Source: Candidatus Dormiibacterota bacterium (GTDB lineage: Bacteria; Chloroflexota; Dormibacteria; Aeolococcales; Aeolococcaceae). From it: a stretch of DNA of 64,000 bases. Each line of letters opens with the position of its first letter. Positions within the stretch are counted from its first letter, which is position 1. The stretch spans positions 544,001 through 608,000 of the forward strand of contig OY970355.1 in assembly GCA_963718525.1 (NCBI GenBank). Direction: 5' to 3'. Below the pieces are notes generated by a model that saw only the letters and a list, made by a program, of their open reading frames with translations, was not told the origin of the DNA and ran no database searches. The position numbers were made by a program, and so were the translations under genes. Below, one piece after another: positions 56,418 through 64,000 of this stretch.

Positions 56418-59294
56418 TCAGAGCCGCCACGTCGCCGGCTCAGCCGGCTCGTAGACGCAGAATCCCCCGGTCCGCACCGAGCGGCGTAAGTGGCGTCCGA
56501 GCTCAGCATGGGCGGCGTCGACGTGGTTGAGCGCGTCCCGAATCCGCCAGGTCACCGCCTTGCGGGCCCGCTCGGCGGGATCGAGTGCGCGACGCGGCCG
56601 GCCGCTCAGCCCCACTGCGGCGCTCAGCTCGGCAAGCAGGAACTCTCGCTCCTCGCGCGCACGTCCCGCCCGTTCCGGGTCGTTGGCGGCGTCGGCGTCG
56701 TCGATCTCCTGCTCGAGGTCGGTCAACCGCTCCCTGTACTGCGCCCTCGCCTCGCTGTCGAGCATCTCGCCGGCGTCCGCCTCCGCACTCATGCCGAGCT
56801 CGGCAAGCTCACGCATCGCCACGGGCTTTCCTCGACCGCTCGCGAGATCCACGGCGGCCACCTCCCTACCAGGAGTGGCCATCAGCTGTGCAATGTCGCG
56901 AAGGCCCTTGCTGTCCCGCAATCGCACCGTCTTTCCCATGAACGTCAGCGACCAGTACTCCCCTGCGCGCACGAACTCGGCCTCGGGTGGGGCGTCCGCT
57001 TCGCCACCTGCGCTTCTGTGTGACGGTGTCGCCACGACCTCAAGGTCCGCCGCCTCCATCTCTCCAAGGCCAAATCGCACCGCATCCTGAAGCGACATTC
57101 GGGCGCCCTCGCTCAACAGGACATCACTCGCTTCATCGCCAAGCAACGCTCGAGGCCGACGCTGCGCGTCCTCAACGTCGTTTGCATACTCCACGACGCC
57201 TGCGGTGCTGAGCAGCGAGCTCGCCGCACCAAGAAGTCGCAGCGATCGCTCGGGTTGTGTGTCCATCGCCACCTTAGCAAGCACGGACAAGGCGTACGCG
57301 ACGCTGGTTCTGCTCCCCAGCTCTCGCTCGATCGTCAGCACCTGTTTGGAGTGTTCCTCCGCTTCAGCGACGTCGCCGCACTCCCACTCGATCTCCGCAA
57401 GGCTCTCAAGGAAGCCCGACATCTGCCAAGGGTCATCCCGGCTGTTCGCTAACGCGAGCGCCTCTTCGACCTTCGCTCGCGCCCGAACGAGATCGCCTCC
57501 GACCTGAAGTGTGCATCCATAGTTATTGAGAAGGCGGCCCAGTGCCTCGAGGTCGTTCGCCCTCCTGATGTGCTGCTCCGCGGCTTCATAGACCGAGAGG
57601 CAGTACGTGATCCATCCTTCGGCGCGCTCGGTGCTCGCCACGGCACCCAGGGCGCTGAGGGCCTGACCGACATAGAGGTCGCTGTCCAACTCCCGCGCGA
57701 GCGCGAGGCAGTCGTTCCCAAGCTGACGGGCTTCGACCGGGAATCCGCGGTACCAGGCCCAGTAGCTCGCGTCATACAGAGCTTGGAGGCGCAGATCGTC
57801 TCGAGGCTCGTAGAGCTCGAGAGCCTTCTGCAGCCATTCGCGGCCCTCGGCAGGGTTGTTTCTGATCCAGTAGCGCTCCAGAGCGAGCGCGAGCCTGAGT
57901 GCGGCGCGTGTGTCGTGGTCGAGAGCCCACCCAAAACATGCTCTGAAGTTGTCGAGTTCATCTGCCACCCGCCGCATCCATGCAGCTTGTCGCGGTCCTC
58001 GTAGCGCCCTGAAGGCATCGTCCCCGAGGCCGAGGAAGAAATGAGCATGGAGACTGCGAATCTCGTCGGATTCGTCGGCTTGTGCAAGTCGCTCAGCTGC
58101 ATATTGGCGTATCGGCTCGAGGAGTCGGTAACGCCCCGGCTCGTGTGCACCTTCGAGCGAAATCACCAAGGACTTGTCGACCAGGGCACTGAGCGTTCGG
58201 AGCCAAGACTGGTTGGACGTGTCGCCGTCATGCACACGGCAGGCTGATTCGGCCGCGTCCAGGGTGAAGCCACCGGCAAACACTGAGAGGCGCCGAAAGA
58301 GGGCCTTCTCATCATCGCTCAGCAGCTGATGGCTCCAATCGAAGGTCGCCTGGAGTGTTCGCTGCCTCGGCATCGATGTCCGCCGGCCACCGGTGATCAG
58401 GTTGAACTGTTCGGCGATGCGCTCTTCGATTGCAGTGACCGACATGGCTCGCGTGCTCGCCGCGACAAGCTCGACGGCGAGCGGGATTCCGTCCACGAGA
58501 TGGCAGATCCGTAGGACCGCGGCCGCATTGTCGTCGGTCAGGTCGAACCCCGGTCGGGCAGCTCGTGCGCGTTGAATGAGCAGTTGCACCGTCTCGCAAC
58601 AGCGCAGCTCCTCCATGCCGTACGTGCGATGCGTATCCAGCGTGGTCATCGACGGAACGCGCCAGGTGACTTCGCCATCGACGCCGAGCACGTCTCGACT
58701 GGTGGCAAGCATATGCAGGCCAGGGCAACGCCGCAGCAAAAGGTCCGCCAGTTGAGCCGCCGTCTCGATGAGGTGCTCGCAATTGTCGAGGACGCAGAGA
58801 AGCTCCCTTGGACCGATCACGCTGAGCAACGTTTCCGTCGGGGTGAGGCCCGGCGGGGTTATGTACCCGAGAGCACTCATAACGGCCTCGGGCACGAGCT
58901 GTGGATCCGTCAGACCAGCGAGTTCCACGAGCCAGACGCCGTCCTCGTAGCCTCCCAACAAGTCACGCGCCACCTCGAGGGCGAGCCGGGTCTTGCCGAT
59001 GCCGCCAGCTCCCGTGAGTGTGACCAGGCGCGACTCCATTAGCAGACCCTTCACCGCGTCGATCTCCGCGGACCGACCGATGAAGCTCGTCAGCTGAAGC
59101 GGGAGGTTCGAACGCTCGGCGATGTCGGCGAGACGGCATAGTGCAGCCATCAATGACTCGTCAGGCGCACCAGACGGATCACGACACCGATCTTCCAGGC
59201 ATTGGTGGGTGGGTAGTTCCAGAAGGGCGAAAGCATTTCTCGATCCCCCGACAACTTCATGGGCGATCGTAGCTATTTTGCTGGCTGTCCACAC
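56418..59294 (-). CDS. STAND/NB-ARC-type ATPase with TPR region and C-terminal putative regulatory domain
   Basis: NLPLQLTSFIGR, GAGGIGKT, LDNCEH, ATSR, DGIPLAVEL, LSVFAGGF, YRLLEPIRQY; C-terminal ERARKAV...ELGRHL...RTGGFCVY. Confidence 0.88.
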   Translation of the reverse strand: MWTASKIATIAHEVVGGSRNAFALLELPTHQCLEDRCRDPSGAPDESLMAALCRLADIAERSNLPLQLTSFIGRSAEIDAVKGLLMESRLVTLTGAGGIGKTRLALEVARDLLGGYEDGVWLVELAGLTDPQLVPEAVMSALGYITPPGLTPTETLLSVIGPRELLCVLDNCEHLIETAAQLADLLLRRCPGLHMLATSRDVLGVDGEVTWRVPSMTTLDTHRTYGMEELRCCETVQLLIQRARAARPGFDLTDDNAAAVLRICHLVDGIPLAVELVAASTRAMSVTAIEERIAEQFNLITGGRRTSMPRQRTLQATFDWSHQLLSDDEKALFRRLSVFAGGFTLDAAESACRVHDGDTSNQSWLRTLSALVDKSLVISLEGAHEPGRYRLLEPIRQYAAERLAQADESDEIRSLHAHFFLGLGDDAFRALRGPRQAAWMRRVADELDNFRACFGWALDHDTRAALRLALALERYWIRNNPAEGREWLQKALELYEPRDDLRLQALYDASYWAWYRGFPVEARQLGNDCLALARELDSDLYVGQALSALGAVASTERAEGWITYCLSVYEAAEQHIRRANDLEALGRLLNNYGCTLQVGGDLVRARAKVEEALALANSRDDPWQMSGFLESLAEIEWECGDVAEAEEHSKQVLTIERELGSRTSVAYALSVLAKVAMDTQPERSLRLLGAASSLLSTAGVVEYANDVEDAQRRPRALLGDEASDVLLSEGARMSLQDAVRFGLGEMEAADLEVVATPSHRSAGGEADAPPEAEFVRAGEYWSLTFMGKTVRLRDSKGLRDIAQLMATPGREVAAVDLASGRGKPVAMRELAELGMSAEADAGEMLDSEARAQYRERLTDLEQEIDDADAANDPERAGRAREEREFLLAELSAAVGLSGRPRRALDPAERARKAVTWRIRDALNHVDAAHAELGRHLRRSVRTGGFCVYEPAEPATWRL

Positions 59295-59572
59295 GACAGG
59301 AGTCCGCCAGGTCGGCGGCTCACGCTGCCGGATAGCCCGTGCTGATGGTTGGTGGTGAGGCCCCGGGCCTAGGGCTCTTATCGGATTGGGCAGTGGGAGT
59401 TCCGCCTCGCGAGGGCATGCCTGACGTGCATCAACTAACGGAGCATGCCTTCGAATCGCTCGCGTGCGAAGATCGCATGCCGCGGGGCACCAAGAAGAGC
59501 CGCGTCGCGGCGCAACTTGAGACCCGTGTGTCCTCTATCAGGCCAGCAGTTCAGGCGCGCGTGGAGGTTGAC

Positions 59573-60187
59573 ATGACGAGTATTGCGGTCATCGGCTCAG
59601 GGAAGATCGGCGGAGGGTTGGCGAAGAAGTGGGCAGCCAAGGGGCACGCGGTGACCTTCGGAGCGCGTTCCCCGACCAAGCCCGCGCTAGTGGACCTGGC
59701 GGAGAAGATCGGGGCCAGGCGTACAGAGATAGAAGGTGCCGTGCGGCACAACGAGATCGTGCTCTTCGCGATCCCTGGCAACGAGATGGCGGAGACCGTG
59801 TCGCATCTGGGAAGCCTCCTCAACGACAAGCTGGTGGTCGACGCTGCCAACAACGTGAGCGCCGAGCACATGCACAGTGCGGTCGCGATTGCGGAGGCGG
59901 CACCCGGGGCGGCGTACTGCAGGGCGTTCAGCTGCTACGGATGGGAGCAAATAGAGCGACCGGATTTCGACGGAACTCGGGCCGATGGCTTCTATTGCGG
60001 GCCTGACGGCGCCCACCGTGTGACGATTGAGCAGTTGATCGCCGATGTTGGTTTTCGGCCTGTACGGGTGGGCGGTCCAGAGGATATCGACGTCGTGGAC
60101 GGGTTGCTCCGTCTTTGGTTCACGATGGTGATGAAGCATGGGCACAGCCGGCGTTTGGCCTTCAAGGTGCTCGAGGACAGAGGCTGA
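59573..60187 (+). CDS. NADPH-dependent F420 reductase-like oxidoreductase
   Basis: IAVIGSGKIGG, VVDAAN, LIADVGFRP; GGAGG RBS before ATG 59573. Confidence 0.85.
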   Translation: MTSIAVIGSGKIGGGLAKKWAAKGHAVTFGARSPTKPALVDLAEKIGARRTEIEGAVRHNEIVLFAIPGNEMAETVSHLGSLLNDKLVVDAANNVSAEHMHSAVAIAEAAPGAAYCRAFSCYGWEQIERPDFDGTRADGFYCGPDGAHRVTIEQLIADVGFRPVRVGGPEDIDVVDGLLRLWFTMVMKHGHSRRLAFKVLEDRG

Positions 60188-60318
60188 TCGCAGATTGGCT
60201 GGGGGGGCCGCCGCCCCACTCGTAGGGTTTTCCCGCTTTCGGTGCGTCCGGCGCACCGATACGCTGCCGGTGTGACGCCACGCAAAGCGAACGAAGACAC
60301 ACCACAGAGGATGGTCGC

Positions 60319-61785
60319 ATGCGACACATTCGGGCCGTGACCTCACGACTGTTTCCCTACCGGATCGCGTTGACTCGAAGGGCTGCTCGCCCACTCAGCG
60401 CGGCTACGCAGGCCCAACGCTCACGCCGGCACATCTTGCCCGCGCTTTGCGCCTTCGGAATGGCGACGCTCGCCTTCGGTGTACTGATTGGCGTCACCGC
60501 CTCGCCTGCCTTGGCCGATCTGGCGATAACTGTGCCGTGTGCGGGCAACCCGTCAACCAGCGGGCCGCAGGGTCTCGTGAACGCGATCACAGCAGCCAAC
60601 ACCTACGGGGCTGCCCATCCCGGGCACAAGACAGAGATCAACGTTGTCAACGCCTGCGCCTACGACCTCACCGCCCAGTACAACACCTATGACAGCTCGC
60701 CCACTGCGCTGCCGCAAATCACCTCGACGATCGTCATCAACGGCCAGGGTGGAAACGACCAGCCGGCGATCATCCTGCGCAGTGTCGCCAGCGGAACGCT
60801 CCCCTTCAGGCTGATCGACGTCGCCCCCAATGGCAACCTGACGCTCAACTCGATCCAGATCACCAACGGACTCACACCAGACGGCGCCCCGTGGACGCTC
60901 GTGAATGGCGCCGAAAACGGCAACAGTGCCCCTGACGGCGGCGGCATCTACTCGAGCGGTCACCTCACCCTCCAAGACAGCGTCGTCAGCGGCAACGCCA
61001 GCGGCAGCGGCAGCCCCGGCGGCCCCAACGCCTCCGGGGACGCCAACGGCGGAAACGGTGGCGACGGTAGCGGCATCTACAACAATGGCGGCATCCTGAC
61101 GGCCATGAACGGCGACAGCATTTCGGGCAATGCGACCGGCAACGGCGGCAGCGGCGGCGGCTTCGCCCCCTACTTCAACACCGGCAATGCCAACGGTGGA
61201 AACGGCGGCAACGGCGGAGGCATCGCCACCGTCGGCTCGGGCACCGTCAGCTTGCGGGACCACACGACGTTGTCCTCCAACTCGACCGGAAACGGCGGCA
61301 ATGGCGGGGCGGCCGTAGGCACCACCACCGGCGGCAATGGCGGCAACGGCGGGAGCTCCTACTCTGCGGGCGGCTCGACGGTCCGGATCAACGGTGGCGA
61401 CACCAACCTCGAACAGAGCAACACCGGCACCGCCGGCGCCGGCGGCGAGGAGTTCGGCGGCGGATTTGGGGCGCCCGGCAAGGCCGGAGATGGCGGTGGA
61501 CTGTTCACCTCCGGCGTCGTCTCCACCAACGGCACGAACTTCACGGAGAACATCGCCGGTGGACCTCAGCAGTCAACGTCGGGCACCGGCAACGGCGGCG
61601 GCCTGGCCGCTGAGGGCGGGGCCAAGGTGACTATCCGGCAGGGATCGTTCACATGGAACGTCGCCAGCACTGGCGGCGCCGTCTACGATGATTATCCGAC
61701 CTCGACCGTGACGGTCAGTGGCACGATGTTCGCGGACAACACGCCGAACAACTGCACCCCGTCCGGCGGTGGCTGCCCAGCCTGA
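60319..61785 (+). CDS. Secreted Gly/Asn-rich repeat protein (Pmp-like GGGI/FxxN and PGRS-like GNGG repeats)
   Basis: Signal peptide ending ALA; GGGIY, GGAVY, FTEN, FADN; many GNGGNGG; C-terminal NCTPSGGGC. Confidence 0.78.
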   Translation: MRHIRAVTSRLFPYRIALTRRAARPLSAATQAQRSRRHILPALCAFGMATLAFGVLIGVTASPALADLAITVPCAGNPSTSGPQGLVNAITAANTYGAAHPGHKTEINVVNACAYDLTAQYNTYDSSPTALPQITSTIVINGQGGNDQPAIILRSVASGTLPFRLIDVAPNGNLTLNSIQITNGLTPDGAPWTLVNGAENGNSAPDGGGIYSSGHLTLQDSVVSGNASGSGSPGGPNASGDANGGNGGDGSGIYNNGGILTAMNGDSISGNATGNGGSGGGFAPYFNTGNANGGNGGNGGGIATVGSGTVSLRDHTTLSSNSTGNGGNGGAAVGTTTGGNGGNGGSSYSAGGSTVRINGGDTNLEQSNTGTAGAGGEEFGGGFGAPGKAGDGGGLFTSGVVSTNGTNFTENIAGGPQQSTSGTGNGGGLAAEGGAKVTIRQGSFTWNVASTGGAVYDDYPTSTVTVSGTMFADNTPNNCTPSGGGCPA

Positions 61786-61928
61786 TCCACTGACGTATCC
61801 GGCGGTCGCGGCTCGATGCGGGCCGCGACCGCCACCAAGTCGGTCTAGGCGCTACCAGCAGCAGGCCGTGTCTGTGCTGCAGTTGACCCGGTTTGCCAGA
61901 CGGCCGCGGAAGCCTTGATCGACCGTAA

Positions 61929-62066
61929 TTACAACAGTTCGGTGACAGCTCGTTGGAACGCCATCATGAACTCGTCGCTGTCACGTAGGTTCGCATCGAC
62001 GTACTCACTACCCAGCACGTCCCGACGTCGTTGCAGGCCCCGCTCAAATAACTCGCTTTCAGCCAC
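61929..62066 (-). pseudogene. Truncated carboxymuconolactone decarboxylase (CMD) family fragment, 45 aa
   Basis: GGAGG RBS, then MAESELFERGLQRRRDVLGSEYVDANLRDSDEFMMAFQRAVTELL*; stops where family members continue WG..W.RPGL. Confidence 0.7.
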
Positions 62067-62224
62067 TACGCTACCTCCGTTTCCCGGTGTCTCAGCAGCC
62101 TAGTCGGCGGTAGCCTAGGCCTCGACACTGCGTGTTGTCCACACGACCAAATGACAGCTTCTCAACGGGCTCCGAGGCGACATCCATGAGGTAATGTCAA
62201 GAAGGTCGCTCTGCGCGCCTTCGG

Positions 62225-62557
62225 CTAGGTGCGACCGGACCTTGGTGCTGGTAAGTGCTGTATGGACCAGCCGAGGATCCGTCGCCACGAGGGGGTCTCG
62301 ACGTATTCGCGAGCCGCGTCGAGACGCGCCTGCATCGGTGGTGGGAATGACACATCCCGCATGGCGTCCGAAACGAGATCCGTCAGCGAGAAGTAGAACA
62401 GCCAGCGCCAGGGCGCGGCATCAAAGCTATCGAGGAGTTCTTTCGGGTCCTTCTCGACCATGCGGCACAGGCTGACGAATTCACTCGGCGCTGCTCGGGT
62501 TGCAGCATCAAAGGCAGCCCGTTCACGTGCCGTCGGTGGATACAGTCGTTCGGTCAT
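62225..62557 (-). CDS. Hypothetical protein (110 aa)
   Basis: ORF from ATG 62557 with protein-like composition; no family recognised. Confidence 0.4.
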   Translation of the reverse strand: MTERLYPPTARERAAFDAATRAAPSEFVSLCRMVEKDPKELLDSFDAAPWRWLFYFSLTDLVSDAMRDVSFPPPMQARLDAAREYVETPSWRRILGWSIQHLPAPRSGRT

Positions 62558-62696
62558 ATGCTTTCGCGCCGTCTTGAAGGGAGCCGGGCCAGGCAAAGCT
62601 CGCGGGCGACCAGGTGGGGGTCGTCGACGTCGATTCAGGGGGGTGCATCGGCCTTGCCCGGCCTGCTCGCGACGATACAGACGTCTGAGAATGCTG

Positions 62697-62948
62697 TCAG
62701 TGCGCCAGGTCACAGGAAGGACCTCGCCCTATCTGTGAGCACGCGTATCGACGGGCGCTGCGGTCGAATTCGGTCTTGATGATTGCGTAGCACTCACAGG
62801 AAAGTGCTCCGAGCCACTGCCGGTTGATGATCGTGACGCCGCCTCGCGCAAAGCGGATCAGCCCCGCGCGCTGCAGGCCACGGGCTGATACGGAAATCGT
62901 CGAACGCCGTGTGCCCAGCATCCGCGGACATCGCGCGACGGGTGTCAA
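62697..62948 (-). pseudogene. C-terminal HTH fragment of a Crp/Fnr regulator
   Basis: MLGTRRSTIS..ARGLQRAGLIRFARGGVTII...SCECY; the cNMP-binding domain is absent. Confidence 0.7.
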
Positions 62949-63586
62949 ATCAGTCCCTGGCGCGCCGCGCTTATGGCAGCCTCCACCCGATTGCGGACGT
63001 CGAGCTTCGCGAAGATGTCCTGCACATGGCTCTTCACGGTGTTCTCGCTGAGGTGCACACGTTTGGCGATCTCCTTGTTGGAGTAGCCGTCGCTGATCAA
63101 CCGGAGGATTTGAGTTTGCCGCTCATTGAGCACTGGAGGATTGGCGGCTCCCGCGGTCGAGTTGGCGTCTCCGCGAACTCGATCCATGAGACGTTGGGCA
63201 ATCGTCGGCGAGACGACCGCCTCACCACGATAGACGGTGCGGATTGACTGCTTCAGGTCAAAGCGTTCGACGTCCTTGATGACGTACCCACGTGCACCGG
63301 CGCGGATGCTCTCTTCGACGAGCACGTCGTCGGAGTAGACGGTGAGGATGATCACCCTGACGTCGGGGTGCGTGATGCCGAGAATGCGGCACGCCTCGGG
63401 CCCCGAGATGCCCGGAAGACGGGCATCGAGGAGCACGATGTCGGGTCGGGTTTCAGAAACGAAGTCGGCGATGTCTTGGGCAGAATCTCGCTCGCCGACA
63501 ATCTCGAAGTCGGGATCATCGGCCAGCATTGCCCGAACCCCCTCGCGGACAACCTCGTGGTCGTCGATGATCGCGACGCGGATCAT
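62945..63586 (-). CDS. NarL/FixJ-family response regulator
   Basis: IIDDHEVVREG, PDIVLLD, GARGYVIK, LNERQ...NKEIAKRVHLSENTVKSH; ATGA overlap with the kinase. Confidence 0.93.
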   Translation of the reverse strand: MIRVAIIDDHEVVREGVRAMLADDPDFEIVGERDSAQDIADFVSETRPDIVLLDARLPGISGPEACRILGITHPDVRVIILTVYSDDVLVEESIRAGARGYVIKDVERFDLKQSIRTVYRGEAVVSPTIAQRLMDRVRGDANSTAGAANPPVLNERQTQILRLISDGYSNKEIAKRVHLSENTVKSHVQDIFAKLDVRNRVEAAISAARQGLI

Positions 63587-64000
63587 CGCGTCGTCTTCGG
63601 TACGGGCACCGAGATCCTGACCATGAGTCCACAATCCTCACCATTCTCGATCGTCAGCGTTCCTCCGAGACCTTCAATCCTGCGTCGCATGTCGAAGAGC
63701 CCGAAATGGCGCTGACGTCCAGACGCCTCATTGTCGCCGGGCGTGGGCATACCGACGCCGTCGTCCTGCACGACGATCTCCACGTTATCGGATTCGTATC
63801 GCATGTTGATAAACACGCTCTGCGCATGGGCGTGACGACCGATATTGGTGAGTGCTTCTCTCACCACGGCCACCAGATCGTCCTGCAAGGTCTCGACCAT
63901 CGAATGGGGGATCCCCTGAACGATGAGGTCGACATCGAGGTTGTGTTCACGTCCGACACTGCGCAGCAGCGATTGGATCGTGGCGGTCAGATCCGGCTCG
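63583..64000 (-). CDS. Sensor histidine kinase (NarX/HisKA_3 type), C-terminal part; continues beyond the window
   Basis: REALTNIGRHA, VQDDGVG, FGLFDMRRRIE.LGG. Confidence 0.9.
   Translation of the reverse strand, partial: EPDLTATIQSLLRSVGREHNLDVDLIVQGIPHSMVETLQDDLVAVVREALTNIGRHAHAQSVFINMRYESDNVEIVVQDDGVGMPTPGDNEASGRQRHFGLFDMRRRIEGLGGTLTIENGEDCGLMVRISVPVPKTTR

Noticed and set aside
56418-59294. Avs/NLR-like anti-phage defence protein
   Set aside because: It has no nuclease, TIR, SIR2 or protease effector, its motifs match regulatory STAND ATPases, and there is no defence-island context.
60200-60318. Possible riboswitch upstream of the Gly-rich secreted gene (hairpin TCGGTGCG-TCCGG-CGCACCGA, CGCAAAG)
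   Set aside because: It lacks the full c-di-GMP-I or other riboswitch consensus that I can recognise; an Infernal/Rfam scan would decide.

Overview
High-GC (about 67-69% by eye) bacterial accessory region. The gene content suggests a monoderm soil bacterium of the Dormibacterota/Chloroflexota/Actinomycetota type; this is inference from sortase-type C-terminal signals, LAL regulators and ArsR-SRPBCC cassettes. I saw no rRNA, tRNA, CRISPR array or transposase. In order, the window holds: a giant lectin/Ig-repeat adhesin (5' end outside the window); a frameshifted transaldolase coupled to iolB; a PAP2/PAP2/DAGK/DUF1206 lipid module; a secreted subtilase ending in 14 tandem xxxWS pentapeptides, directly upstream of a membrane GAF-GGDEF-EAL protein (top candidate for a new system: protease-released peptide signal feeding c-di-GMP); an Fe3+-type ABC operon with an FTR1-like permease; TauE; a PLP decarboxylase; two back-to-back 5'-truncated genes; a second giant 15-Ig protein; gdhA; a LAL-regulated methyltransferase / hydrolase-glycosyltransferase fusion / MFS / cupin operon; three paralogous secreted beta-propellers; a second (frameshifted) LAL regulator with DUF4242, sharing a 16-bp box with the first locus; a double ArsR-SRPBCC cassette with three operators and a canonical promoter; further secreted repeat proteins, gene remnants and a NarL-type two-component system. 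All calls come from motif recognition by eye; no searches were run.
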